35,768 bases of DNA, taken from positions 1 to 35,768 of the IMG/VR virus record IMGVR_UViG_3300032233_002708; one strand, 5' to 3'. This DNA comes from a virus (Duplodnaviria; Caudoviricetes). Under the pieces are notes generated by a model, which made no database searches, was not told the DNA's origin, and was given only the letters and a program-made list of their open reading frames with translations. Each line of letters opens with the position of its first letter. Position 1 is the first letter of the stretch. Positions 16,473 through 26,373 of this stretch are shown piece after piece. The position numbers were made by a program, and so were the translations under genes.

Positions 16473-18974
16473 CTATGCGAAAAATGAAGTGAGTGTCGAT
16501 ACTTTTTCTGTATGCCAACCAATAATGTCAAGAATAGATTTTAGAGGAAGCAAAAAAGTCTTTTCGAATTGGAGCTTATAATCAACATAAGGATGAACAT
16601 CAAATTCAGGTGGAAGTTTTTGTATGAAAGAGATTACATTTTCATGAATTGGATTTGGAAGCTTCAAATAACAAAATTTAATTTTTTCTCCATTTTTTAT
16701 TATGGAGTATTTCTTGTCCAATTTTTTGGTTTTGACCAACTCATTATACAAAATTGATCCCCTAGTTTGGATTGGGGTTCCTTTCTTATACCTTTCCACT
16801 TTAGACATGTATTTGGTAACATCATTTACAGATTTTGGAAACGATACTTCTTCTGGAGACAAAGCAAAAAATTCTTTTTTTGTTTCCGCAATGTATTTAA
16901 TCATTTCATCTTCGGTTGAATTCATGATCAAGCTAATTGCTTCTTTTAATTTTGTTCTACAGAAAGAAGGAGTCGATGATCGAATTGCTTCCACTCCAGT
17001 CATTGATAACTCAGGCTCATCGTATCGAATGCCCTCATTGTCCCAAACATTAGCAATGTATTTTTTCTTTGCTAAGAACACAGCACGGTCTGTTATTTTT
17101 TCTCTCTTCATATGCAGTTTATGTCCATATGCAGACAAATAAGTTGCCAATTCTCGATATGATGTGTCCACATATTCTTGAATTGTAGTAGCAAATATTT
17201 TATCTAAGAAGTTTATAACTTCTTCTTTTGTGTGTGGTTTATCTTTGAATATCTTATTGACTAATGGACCCATGTTAAGAAAAGTAGAATCAGTATCTAC
17301 ATAAATCACATAATCAACATTATCAGTTTTTAATATTTTATTAAAATATTCATTAAATTTTTTCTCAATCCATCTAATTGCAAGTTGTCCGGTATAAGTA
17401 ACTGCCTCTGCATTCCTCAAATCATAAAATCTAAAATAAGGATTTCCAGTTGCACCATAACATGAGTTCAAACAAACTTTAATTGACTGCTCCTTAACTG
17501 AATACATTGAAATCAATTTTTTCAATTTTAGATCTTTGGTTTTTTCATATTCTTTTTTTATTTCTTTCATCTTGTCTTTATAAAATTTTCTTTTATTGAA
17601 CATTTTATCTAACAACTCTGGAAGAAATCCCATACTGTCTTTTTTATACATTGAGCCATTTGGGCAAACTGAATATTCAAAATTTTCAGGAATTTTAACA
17701 GTCTTGGCCAATGCAGAGTCAACTGATATGGAAGAGAATGTGTCCTCCAACAAGGTATCTGGACTGATATTGAAGCCCATCATGATATGTGGATACAGGG
17801 AAGTCAAGTCCATACTAACAACATAATCATAAACACCAGTCAATGGAGTTTTTACAAATGCCCCAGCATACTTGTCTAATTTTTCTTTTCTCTTTTCCCG
17901 GAATGGAATGATTACCTTCTTTCTTCGAAGATAATTGTAGATAATGGTATCCCACATTCGTACTTGATAGAATATATCTTCAAAGTTTGTTTTGGAATCA
18001 AATGCAAGCATGATTGCTAGTTCAATTAGATGAAGCTTATCCTCCAATTTGTTTACAAGTTCTACGTCAATAACATTATACTCAACAAATATTTCCCATG
18101 CGTTATCATAAAAATCTTTGAATGTTTCAAATTCACTATGGTCTAATTTTGTCAGTCCTAGCTCATTATTTGCAATTGTATCCAGTCTATAATTTTCTGG
18201 TTTTTTAAAAGAATATTTTTTATAAAGATCAAAATAATCAATAACAGAAATACCAAAAATATCATATATTGTTTGGTATTCACCCTGTCTTATTTCCACA
18301 TCTTTATTGGATATCCAAGTACAAGGAGATAGTCTTCTTGTTACTTTTTCACCCAAACATTTATACATTCTTCCTATGATGTATGGAAAATCATAGTACA
18401 GACAATTCCATCCGGTAACAATTTCTGGATAGTTATTTGACCAATACTCTAGAAAACAATTCAATAAATGACTCTCAGAACTACATAAAAAATATTTGTG
18501 ATTTTTTAATTTCTTTGAGAATGGTCTAGTTCCCCAAGTAAGTATTTCTTTTGTTACGTAATTTTGAATTGTAATAAGAAGTATTTCCTCTTCACAATTT
18601 TTTGGATCTGGGAATCCATTTTCCGATGATACCTCAATATCCAAAGCAAGAATGTTTATTTTTGTGATGTCGTATTCTATTTGCTCTTCTGTATATGTAT
18701 CTGAGATGTATTGATATATACAAGTCTCATTACCATATATTTTAAATCCTTCTACATCTTTATATTGTTCTATGAAATTTTTAGCTTCTTTGATTGTACC
18801 TGGATTTATTGGTTTAATGTAATCTCCGTCTAGAGTTGTATATTCAGTTTTGACTTTTGATTTAACATAGTAAGTTGGATGATAATCAACTACATTATTA
18901 AAGTGAGTTCCATTTTCGTATCCACGAATATAGAGCTTATTTCCAAGTTGTTTTACATTTGTATACCAACGCAT
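16473..18974 (-). CDS. gp43: Family B DNA polymerase (T4 gp43-like)
   Basis: Exo DIE, TGWN..YD, YNVIDV; pol DLTSLYP, KxxLNSxYG, YVDTDS; no intein or intron seen. Confidence 0.97.
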   Translation of the reverse strand: MRWYTNVKQLGNKLYIRGYENGTHFNNVVDYHPTYYVKSKVKTEYTTLDGDYIKPINPGTIKEAKNFIEQYKDVEGFKIYGNETCIYQYISDTYTEEQIEYDITKINILALDIEVSSENGFPDPKNCEEEILLITIQNYVTKEILTWGTRPFSKKLKNHKYFLCSSESHLLNCFLEYWSNNYPEIVTGWNCLYYDFPYIIGRMYKCLGEKVTRRLSPCTWISNKDVEIRQGEYQTIYDIFGISVIDYFDLYKKYSFKKPENYRLDTIANNELGLTKLDHSEFETFKDFYDNAWEIFVEYNVIDVELVNKLEDKLHLIELAIMLAFDSKTNFEDIFYQVRMWDTIIYNYLRRKKVIIPFREKRKEKLDKYAGAFVKTPLTGVYDYVVSMDLTSLYPHIMMGFNISPDTLLEDTFSSISVDSALAKTVKIPENFEYSVCPNGSMYKKDSMGFLPELLDKMFNKRKFYKDKMKEIKKEYEKTKDLKLKKLISMYSVKEQSIKVCLNSCYGATGNPYFRFYDLRNAEAVTYTGQLAIRWIEKKFNEYFNKILKTDNVDYVIYVDTDSTFLNMGPLVNKIFKDKPHTKEEVINFLDKIFATTIQEYVDTSYRELATYLSAYGHKLHMKREKITDRAVFLAKKKYIANVWDNEGIRYDEPELSMTGVEAIRSSTPSFCRTKLKEAISLIMNSTEDEMIKYIAETKKEFFALSPEEVSFPKSVNDVTKYMSKVERYKKGTPIQTRGSILYNELVKTKKLDKKYSIIKNGEKIKFCYLKLPNPIHENVISFIQKLPPEFDVHPYVDYKLQFEKTFLLPLKSILDIIGWHTEKVSTLTSFFA

Positions 18975-18975
18975 A

Positions 18976-19248
18976 TTACTTCAACAAATTTTTGTATTTT
19001 TCTACCATGGAAGGTTTTGCTTCAGCTATGGTTATCATCTTTTCTGAACTTACCCTAAACTTATTTTGATTAGTATAATCAATTAACCAAGGAGAAAAGG
19101 TAATTATTTGTTCAAGTTTTCTTGATATTAAAAATGGTTCTACCAAAAGATAATCTGGCTCTCCGATATCAACTGATAATCTATCCATTTGAGAAATTAT
19201 AGTTTCGCCTGTTTGTAAAACTATAATATTAATTGGCATCTCTTCCAT
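18976..19248 (-). CDS. Conserved cyanophage small beta-rich protein (possible Sm-like fold)
   Basis: IIVLQTGETIIS...LVEPF...PW pattern shared with 19229..19534 and 30112..30519. Confidence 0.75.
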   Translation of the reverse strand: MEEMPINIIVLQTGETIISQMDRLSVDIGEPDYLLVEPFLISRKLEQIITFSPWLIDYTNQNKFRVSSEKMITIAEAKPSMVEKYKNLLK

Positions 19249-19534
19249 TGTTAATTACCTCCTTTTCATACATATCTTTGACTTCATCGATTGGTTCAGT
19301 TACGGTTACAACCCAATCAAATGGAATAGGAATAGTCGTATCTTTTGACAATACCATCCATGGTACCATGTTAATTTTATAATTAGAATCTGCTGATTCG
19401 TTAAATTGTTCTATTAGTTTAACTACACATGGTTTAGTTAAATTGTAACCAAGAAATTTTTCCCCAACGAAATATTCTGATATTTCAGATACAATGTCTT
19501 CTCCTGATTTCAGCAATATGAGTTTTGTCGCCAT
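19229..19534 (-). CDS. Conserved cyanophage small beta-rich protein (possible Sm-like fold)
   Basis: KLILLKSGEDIVS...LTKPC...PW; RBS AGGAGG immediately upstream. Confidence 0.8.
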   Translation of the reverse strand: MATKLILLKSGEDIVSEISEYFVGEKFLGYNLTKPCVVKLIEQFNESADSNYKINMVPWMVLSKDTTIPIPFDWVVTVTEPIDEVKDMYEKEVINNGRDAN

Positions 19535-19554
19535 TTTCCTCCTGTGCTCTTCTG

Positions 19555-19583
19555 ATATTATAGCATAAAAAAGAGGGTGTCAA
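19555..19583 (-). promoter_or_regulatory. Sigma70-type promoter for the gp43 operon, overlapping a terminator
   Basis: TTGACA 19583-19578; TGC-TATAAT 19562-19557 (15-nt spacer) or TAATAT 19560-19555 (17-nt spacer). Confidence 0.65.
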
Positions 19584-19640
19584 CTGATTTCTGGCCAGTT
19601 TTCCCTCTGTCTGTTTGGCGACGATATTTGGGTGTAGCCC
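19567..19640 (-). ncRNA. Putative late sRNA or structured hsp20 3' UTR
   Basis: Late promoter AATAAATA 19645-19652 with no ORF before a terminator; hairpin GGG-CUACA-CCC; interrupted stem AGAGGG..AACUGG/UCAGUU..CCCUCU plus U tract. Confidence 0.5.
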
Positions 19641-19650
19641 TAACTATTTA

Positions 19651-20067
19651 TTAGAACCATACTTTTTTCTTTTGATGTTCTGGTACAATACGAGTCAATA
19701 AAATTACAAGTAAACCATTATCATAAGAAACATTTTTTACTTCTAAATCATCTGGTATTGTCCATGATCTAGTAAATTCCCTTGTCGCCAATCCACGATG
19801 AACATAAGTATTATCCGAAGATTCCTCTTTATGTCCTTCGATATAGAGTTTGTTATTTTCTGTATATACAGTTATTTCTTTACTATGGAATCCAGCTAAG
19901 GCTACTTCCAATTTAAATTCGTTATCACTTAACTTAATTGTATTGTAAGGTGGATAGTTAACTTCAGTACGAGTAGAATATAATGTATCTATCCAATTAT
20001 CCATTCCAATAGTATATTTTTGAATGTCGTTTCTGAGACGCTGAAGTGTATGTACAGTGTAATCCAT
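19651..20067 (-). CDS. hsp20: Small heat-shock protein
   Basis: NYPPYN, LEVALAGF, YVHRGLATREFTRSW, NGLLVI..PEHQK; RBS AGGAG 20073-20077. Confidence 0.95.
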   Translation of the reverse strand: MDYTVHTLQRLRNDIQKYTIGMDNWIDTLYSTRTEVNYPPYNTIKLSDNEFKLEVALAGFHSKEITVYTENNKLYIEGHKEESSDNTYVHRGLATREFTRSWTIPDDLEVKNVSYDNGLLVILLTRIVPEHQKKKVWF

Positions 20068-20173
20068 GGTTTCTCCTAAATGCGAGTTAATAAATCAAAA
20101 ACCCCAAAGGCATTTTTGATATATTATATATTCGAAATTAGAGAAAAATTAAGGTTCGGAAAACTAGAATTTA

Positions 20174-20614
20174 TTATTCGGTTTCCCTATACTTTTCTTT
20201 TTTTGTTCCGATTGAATATTTTGCTTCTAGGATCCATTCATCCTTTTCCTTGTATGGAAGAACTTTAATTTGATTCAATGGAGCAATATCCGTTACCTTT
20301 TGTGGAAATACAACAGAAACTAGATTCCAATCTGAAATAAGTTTAATTATTCTATTTCGTCTTTGAATATCATTTACTGTCAGGTTTGCATGTTTTCCAT
20401 CAAGTGCAAACAGCTCTTTAAAACTAACTATGTAATATTTTCCTTGCTTATGCAAAATATGACATGATTGATATAGTTTCTTTTCTTTTCGGGATGCAAC
20501 CCCAATTCTAGTTAAAGTCTCACGAACTTTAAGAAAGTCATCAGGTTCTTTGAGTAAAACTTCGACCATCATATCTGGGGTCCAGTTCACCTGAGGTTCA
20601 TTAATAGTAGTCAT
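20174..20614 (-). CDS. regA: Translational repressor RegA
   Basis: PDDFLKVRETLTRIGVAS...LYQSCHILHKQGKYYIVSFKELFALDG. Confidence 0.96.
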   Translation of the reverse strand: MTTINEPQVNWTPDMMVEVLLKEPDDFLKVRETLTRIGVASRKEKKLYQSCHILHKQGKYYIVSFKELFALDGKHANLTVNDIQRRNRIIKLISDWNLVSVVFPQKVTDIAPLNQIKVLPYKEKDEWILEAKYSIGTKKEKYRETE

Positions 20615-20997
20615 CTTCTTCCACCTTTGTCAAGTTGTTGTTTAATATAAGAAATTTGTTCTTTAGTAAGTATTTTTAGAACTTGAGAAGCTTTTTCTAA
20701 ACTATAATTATAGTATTCTGATATGCACTCTAGATCTTCAATATTTTCTTTTTTTATCCAAGGAGAAAATCTTTTTCCTTTTCTTAGACTATTTAGAAAA
20801 AATGAATATTGCATATCTAAATCTAAAGTATAGTATTCATTCATTTCATTTGCATACAAGATAGAATCAAGATGAGCAGATAGACATTTATTTACGACAT
20901 ATGCTGGATATGATTTTATTGATTCTGGATTATCTTCCAATAAATTTTTCTTGGTGTAATTAATAGAATTTAACCAATCTTTCAATTCAATATTCAT
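20611..20997 (-). CDS. gp62: Clamp loader small subunit (gp62)
   Basis: WLNSIN, YPAYVVNKCLS, ANEMN, KRFSPW, YYNYS..KA; between gp44 and regA. Confidence 0.92.
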   Translation of the reverse strand: MNIELKDWLNSINYTKKNLLEDNPESIKSYPAYVVNKCLSAHLDSILYANEMNEYYTLDLDMQYSFFLNSLRKGKRFSPWIKKENIEDLECISEYYNYSLEKASQVLKILTKEQISYIKQQLDKGGRR

Positions 20998-21929
20998 ACA
21001 AATTCAACCTTACACATAATTTTGACAAAACATGCGATAAGATTAATTTCATTATCCACTACATTTTTATTTTGATGTTCGGCAATGATTAAAATTGCCT
21101 CAGGTATCGTGTGTGGTACCGCATATTCGGACAACCCATCATATAGTCTTCTTAGAATAATATTTGGATCATTATCTAAATTATTAATCACCCATGACCT
21201 AACTTTATTAAATTCTTTTTCTTTCATGAATTTAATCAATTCTGATATTTTAATATCAGTAGCATTAGCCAAAACACTAGAATCAATACTTCCACCCAAT
21301 GAATGTCTTTGTATTTCGTGTAGAGTTCTCCTAAAGTCAGGAAAATGCTTCGTTACTAGTTTCATGATAGTTTTTTTGTCATCATATTCAATCCTTTCGG
21401 TCGTTAAGATTTCCAAAATTCTATCATAAAAAACTGCAGCAAGTTTTGGCTTTTCTTTAGCTGGAATAGAAAATTCGATTATGGGACACCTAGACAACAA
21501 AGCAGAATCCAATCTATTTTTATAGTTACATGTAAATACAAAAGTGCAGTTTCTTTGAACATCTTCAATCAGAGATTTAAGTGCTAATTGTGCATCCATT
21601 GTTAGGTTGTCTGCCTCGTCTATCAGCAGTATCTTCTTTCCGGTTAACGAAAGAGATACAGTTGAAGCAAAGTTCTCGACTCTAGTTCTGATAATATCAA
21701 TGGACCTTTCTTTAGATCCATTGATTTTCATAAAGTCTCTTCCAAGTTCATGTGCCAATGCTTGAATAGTTGATGTCTTTCCAATTCCAGGTGGACCAGA
21801 AAGAGTCATATGAGGAACTGTACCAGAATCCCTAATATTAACAAAATATTTTTTTATGGTTTCTGGTAGAATACATTCATCAACTGATTTTGGCGCATAT
21901 TTTTCAACAAATATAAAGTCTTTGTTCAT
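20994..21929 (-). CDS. gp44: Clamp loader ATPase subunit (gp44)
   Basis: VEKYAP, GPPGIGKT, IDEAD, LLSRC, HFPDFRR. Confidence 0.95.
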   Translation of the reverse strand: MNKDFIFVEKYAPKSVDECILPETIKKYFVNIRDSGTVPHMTLSGPPGIGKTSTIQALAHELGRDFMKINGSKERSIDIIRTRVENFASTVSLSLTGKKILLIDEADNLTMDAQLALKSLIEDVQRNCTFVFTCNYKNRLDSALLSRCPIIEFSIPAKEKPKLAAVFYDRILEILTTERIEYDDKKTIMKLVTKHFPDFRRTLHEIQRHSLGGSIDSSVLANATDIKISELIKFMKEKEFNKVRSWVINNLDNDPNIILRRLYDGLSEYAVPHTIPEAILIIAEHQNKNVVDNEINLIACFVKIMCKVEFV

Positions 21930-21951
21930 TATAAAATACTCAATTATGTAA

Positions 21952-22620
21952 TCAATTTACAGTTTTAGAATCCTGCTCCAATGCAATCCAATATGTTATT
22001 GGTTTAGATTTGTGAGTGAATTTGGAAATCAATGAATTTGATATTACAACATCATAAGAGCCAAGAATAATCTTGATGTTATCAATTTTAAAATTGAAAC
22101 AAAATTCATTATTAGTTTCTCCAACTACGATTGAAAATTCATTAGATGTGTCATTTTCTTTATCCCTAATGGATAATTTAATTACTCCATTTGAACCAAT
22201 CACAGAAAAATCAAACATTCTATAGACATTAGATGCATCCAATAAACTTTTTAGTTGAGAATGATCTAATTGAAAACTAACTTCTTCCGATGGAACAATT
22301 AGTTCTTTATCTGGAGGACATACAATAATAGACGGATCAGAAAAAAAGTATTTTACTTTTCGTTTACCTTCGACTATAGTAAGATAAGAATCGTTATCAA
22401 AGTTTAATTCTGGATTATCATGTAATTTTAATCCAGACAAAAATTGATTTAAATCATAGATTGCAAAATCTTTTTCAAACGTTTCTTCAATTGTAGCTGA
22501 ACCCACAACATTTTGCATGATTGACATGGTGCTCAATTTATTTCCCTTTCTAATATAAATTGATTGATTTATATTAGAAAAGTTTTTTAGTATTTGTAGG
22601 GTATCAGTTGATAATTTCAT
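21952..22620 (-). CDS. gp45: Sliding clamp (gp45)
   Basis: MKLSTDTLQILKNFSNINQSI, FAIYDLNQFL, YWIALE. Confidence 0.95.
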   Translation of the reverse strand: MKLSTDTLQILKNFSNINQSIYIRKGNKLSTMSIMQNVVGSATIEETFEKDFAIYDLNQFLSGLKLHDNPELNFDNDSYLTIVEGKRKVKYFFSDPSIIVCPPDKELIVPSEEVSFQLDHSQLKSLLDASNVYRMFDFSVIGSNGVIKLSIRDKENDTSNEFSIVVGETNNEFCFNFKIDNIKIILGSYDVVISNSLISKFTHKSKPITYWIALEQDSKTVN

Positions 22621-22921
22621 ATTGACTCTTTCCTGGTTTATCGTGCTTGGAAAAATGGTACATTAAAATACCATAATGAATAATTTTTAATGCATCTCGT
22701 TTAGACAATCCGTCTTTTTTTCCATATCTCGCAGCATATTTGATAATAGAGCTTTGAGAAAAAGATATTCCATTTCCGATTGAATTAATTAGCTCAATTG
22801 CCTGAACACTACTTTCATCATCGGCATAATGTGATTCATAAGTCGAGATAATATAATCTCTTACATGCTTAAGTATTTCACCTTCATTAAATTTCCAAAA
22901 ATGTTCATTATTTGATTCCAT
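22604..22921 (-). CDS. DUF3310-like small protein
   Basis: SHY...QAIELI...IKYAARYGKKDG...DALKIIHY pattern. Confidence 0.75.
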   Translation of the reverse strand: MESNNEHFWKFNEGEILKHVRDYIISTYESHYADDESSVQAIELINSIGNGISFSQSSIIKYAARYGKKDGLSKRDALKIIHYGILMYHFSKHDKPGKSQYEIIN

Positions 22922-22975
22922 AAATTTAAATCCATTAATATTGTTTCAAGGGAGGAAACTGAAATTTCCTCCAGT

Positions 22976-23004
22976 ATCGTAGCACACTTTTACTCAGATG
23001 TCAA
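22976..23004 (-). promoter_or_regulatory. Sigma70-type promoter for the gp45-gp44-gp62-regA operon
   Basis: TTGACA 23004-22999 (inside the last cobS codons), 17 nt, TGC-TACGAT 22981-22976; leader hairpin at 22951-22972. Confidence 0.75.
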
Positions 23005-24094
23005 CCTCTTCTAGTTTTTGTGCAGCCTCTGCATCTTTCTGTTCTTTGTCGAAAGTTTCATCAATTTTATCGTATAGTTCCAGGAAAGAAGTTTTTGTAT
23101 CATCATCAAATCGTGCAACAGCTAGTTTGATTGCTTTTGCTTTATTTTTGAAGATGGCATAAGCTCGAATAACGTGAATTAGACGACGAGTTGAAATTAA
23201 CTCATCCACACCGCCATCGAAGAATGTCTTACGAATAGTATCACTCCAGTCTACCAGTCGTTTGATGTAATCTTCACAATCTGACAGTCCCAAAGAATTT
23301 GCAAACTTGGTGAGAATTTTAATTTCAATAGAAGGACTTGGATATGCTTGCTCAAAGGTAACGCTAAATCGTTCCAGGAAAGCTTCATTCAGCACATTGG
23401 TACCAATAAAACGTCCATCATCGGATCCTTTACCTTTTGTATTTGCAGTTGCAATAATATTAAATCCAGGTTTTGGTGTGACTAGCTTATTAATTTTCTT
23501 GAGGAATAGTGGCTTACCTTCGAGAATAGATTGAAGGACCATGATTTTGTTTGATGCTAGATCGCACTCATCCAAAAGTAGAATAGCTCCACGTTCCATT
23601 GCTTCGACAACTGGACCATTGTGCCAAACCGTATCGCCATTAACAAGCCTAAAACCACCAATTAGATCGTCAGAATCAGTTTCAATTGTAACGTTAAAAC
23701 GAATCAGTTCACGCCTCAGTTGAGCACATGCTTGCTCAACTGCAACTGTCTTTCCATTTCCAGATAGACCAGTAATAAAAACTGGATAGAAAATATTAGA
23801 CTGGATGATTTTTTTAATGTCAGTAAAATTACCAAAAGATACGAAGTTAGAATCTTTGACTGGAATCAATGATTGAACCTTGGTGACAGTATCTTCTTTA
23901 GTAACAGTAACTTCAGTAATTTCAGTATTTAGTTTAAAGTTCCATTTTCCACGACCACTCTTGTATTGGTCCAGTTTGCCACATACATTGGAATATGAAA
24001 TCCCATTGAGGGCACAATATCCACGAAGATCAGAAGTCGTAATTGATTCTCCGTAAATTTTAGTAAGATCGGAGATGAGTGTTTGTTGGTCCAT
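22994..24094 (-). CDS. cobS: CobS-like / MoxR-class AAA+ ATPase
   Basis: GLSGNGKT, LLLDECD, IATANTKGKGS, NEAFLERF, ISTRRL; ATG 24094 preferred over TTG 24106. Confidence 0.9.
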   Translation of the reverse strand: MDQQTLISDLTKIYGESITTSDLRGYCALNGISYSNVCGKLDQYKSGRGKWNFKLNTEITEVTVTKEDTVTKVQSLIPVKDSNFVSFGNFTDIKKIIQSNIFYPVFITGLSGNGKTVAVEQACAQLRRELIRFNVTIETDSDDLIGGFRLVNGDTVWHNGPVVEAMERGAILLLDECDLASNKIMVLQSILEGKPLFLKKINKLVTPKPGFNIIATANTKGKGSDDGRFIGTNVLNEAFLERFSVTFEQAYPSPSIEIKILTKFANSLGLSDCEDYIKRLVDWSDTIRKTFFDGGVDELISTRRLIHVIRAYAIFKNKAKAIKLAVARFDDDTKTSFLELYDKIDETFDKEQKDAEAAQKLEEVDI

Positions 24095-24124
24095 AATAAA
24101 TTTCAAATAATAAGGTTTACAAAA

Positions 24125-26287
24125 TTAAGCAATTAAATCAATAAAATCGGATAGAATTTTTTTATTTGTTTTTTTGGAGGAGAGAACTTTTTTAAATGCT
24201 GTTTTGATATCAGCAGTTGATGCTCCAGAATTTACATTAAATTGTGAATTATCATGTAAAGAGTTTGAACTCAATCCAAAATAGGTATGATAACCATTTG
24301 TTTTAATGGAACACGATTTATTTTTTTTCCATTCAGATATATGAATTTGACAATCCCTAGTTGTCTGCGAATATTTGCTGATAAAACTAGAACTGCCGTA
24401 TGCCTCCAATAGTCGAATTCCAATAAAATTAACTGAAGGAAAATTATCTCTAAGATTTCGAAGAAGAACTTCGGTGAATTTATGGTCATCAGAATAATAA
24501 CTACTCGCATTTAAATCTGGAAATTTATATGTAGTCTTTAATTTCAAATCTTTTAAGTAACATTCTCCACCAACTTGATACAATGATAATGAATTATGAT
24601 TAAAATCATGTCTAGGTAAATTACTGCATTCGCCATCAGTTAAAACTACACATTGAACTTTATGTACTTTTGTTGTTTTTTGAAATTCTGGAATAATATG
24701 ATGAAGACACAATAAAGTTTCATTTAATGGAGTCCCAGATAAACAAAAATTTCCAGGAATATTTAACTTGCTATTGTAGTTGCGAATAGAAAAATAATAA
24801 GCAAGTCTATAAATATGCTTCATGTGAAGATCAAGAGTAAAAGTATTGACTTTACTGCTGATCAAATTTAATAAATTAAGGGATCCGTAAATACCAAGTG
24901 TATTATGTTTTTTTACGTAAAGTTGGCTAGCTGGTGATCCATAATTTGTAGTAAATGCATATACTTCAAATGGAATATTAACTTTTTTACAGAACCAAAT
25001 TAGATTATAGAGCTGTTTGCATGTATCTAACATAATGTTGGACATAGAACCAGACCAATCTAAAATAAAAATTAGTCCATGATTTTTTCCATCCATAACA
25101 GTAGTTATTTTCTTAAAAATATCATCATTAAATTTGTATGTATTTAAAAGATTTGAATCTAGAATTCCAGTTTTAGATTCACTTGCTCTTGCATATGATT
25201 CTGCTGCTTTTTTACATTCAAATTCTTTAATAAGATAATTAACTTCTTTGCTTGATGATTTTTTGAATGCTAAATAGTCTGCATCCATCTCCTTCCATTT
25301 TGTTTGCTGTAAACTCCAATATTGTTTTAATTCAGAATGAATTTTTTTATTGCTGACTAAAATATTCTCCATTTTAAGTGTTGGAATTGTCAAATATACC
25401 AACTCTTTTGACGGAGTATCTTTATTTAAATTGTTAACTGATTTTTGATATGATTCCATGGTTTTAATCACATCATTTTTTTGACTAGTTCCAACTGATT
25501 TTCCCGAATTGTTCCGATGATCGTTGGTGCCGTCCCCACTAGTTACCTGTTGGTTTGTATTGGGTTTAGATGAATCTTGTGGTTTTGCATTATTGCCATC
25601 ATTTACATTTGGCTGAGAAGATTCATCTGAAGTATTTTCCGAATTACCTAAATTATCAGATTCTGAAGGTTGACCTTCTTGTTCCTGCGACTGACTTCCT
25701 TCTTGATTTGCAAGAGAAGAAATTTGTTCTGGAACTTCATCTTTTTTATCACAATATTTATATAAAACTTCAGATGCATAAATGGCATCATCAAAAGTTT
25801 CAGAGTTTTCAATTAACTCAATGATTTCTTTTTCTTGTTCGGAAAAATTAAAACTATAGAAATTAGAAGACTTAAAGAAAATATTAACTTTGTCTGCAAA
25901 TCCAAGAGTTGAAATATCAACATCTTTTAGTTCAAAAAAGTCATTCTCGCAAAACTCATTATATCCAGAATAAAAAATCTTCTTAAGTCCTGGATACTTT
26001 CTCTTCATTAACTTTTCAATTCTAGCATCTTCTACTACATTGATGTATGCATGTGGAACTTTAGTAAGAGTTTTTGTGTCTACATCAGGAGTAAAAATAG
26101 CATGGGCACATTCGTGACTAATTAAAAGTTGGTATAGCACGTCTGAAGCTTTTTCCCATAGTGGAAGAGTCAATGTTCTAGATTTAACATCAAACATTGC
26201 AGTTTCAACATTTTTATGTTCAATATTCAAGTTCTCAGTAGCCAGTAGTCTGGCTAAGTTCCCATGAATTTCATGATTATGTTTCAT
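24125..26287 (-). CDS. HExxH metallopeptidase-like domain plus vWA (MIDAS) protein, CobT-like partner
   Basis: HECAH and NVVEDARIE; polar linker; LDWSGSM, SGTPL, LTDGE. Confidence 0.88.
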   Translation of the reverse strand: MKHNHEIHGNLARLLATENLNIEHKNVETAMFDVKSRTLTLPLWEKASDVLYQLLISHECAHAIFTPDVDTKTLTKVPHAYINVVEDARIEKLMKRKYPGLKKIFYSGYNEFCENDFFELKDVDISTLGFADKVNIFFKSSNFYSFNFSEQEKEIIELIENSETFDDAIYASEVLYKYCDKKDEVPEQISSLANQEGSQSQEQEGQPSESDNLGNSENTSDESSQPNVNDGNNAKPQDSSKPNTNQQVTSGDGTNDHRNNSGKSVGTSQKNDVIKTMESYQKSVNNLNKDTPSKELVYLTIPTLKMENILVSNKKIHSELKQYWSLQQTKWKEMDADYLAFKKSSSKEVNYLIKEFECKKAAESYARASESKTGILDSNLLNTYKFNDDIFKKITTVMDGKNHGLIFILDWSGSMSNIMLDTCKQLYNLIWFCKKVNIPFEVYAFTTNYGSPASQLYVKKHNTLGIYGSLNLLNLISSKVNTFTLDLHMKHIYRLAYYFSIRNYNSKLNIPGNFCLSGTPLNETLLCLHHIIPEFQKTTKVHKVQCVVLTDGECSNLPRHDFNHNSLSLYQVGGECYLKDLKLKTTYKFPDLNASSYYSDDHKFTEVLLRNLRDNFPSVNFIGIRLLEAYGSSSFISKYSQTTRDCQIHISEWKKNKSCSIKTNGYHTYFGLSSNSLHDNSQFNVNSGASTADIKTAFKKVLSSKKTNKKILSDFIDLIA

Positions 26288-26318
26288 AAATTAGTGGTAT
26301 TTTCATGTAACTGAAATC

Positions 26319-26373
26319 AGTATACACAAAAACGAGGCACCGAAACCATTTTGTGTGCCAGTTTGTGAACTGG
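26319..26373 (-). promoter_or_regulatory. Early promoter with upstream palindrome in place of a -35
   Basis: CCAGTT-CACA-AACTGG-CACA (26373-26354) and -10 TATACT (26324-26319). Confidence 0.65.

Noticed and set aside
2664-18974. Introns or inteins in nrdB, nrdA, gp61, gp41, uvsX and gp43
   Set aside because: All frames are continuous and of normal length.
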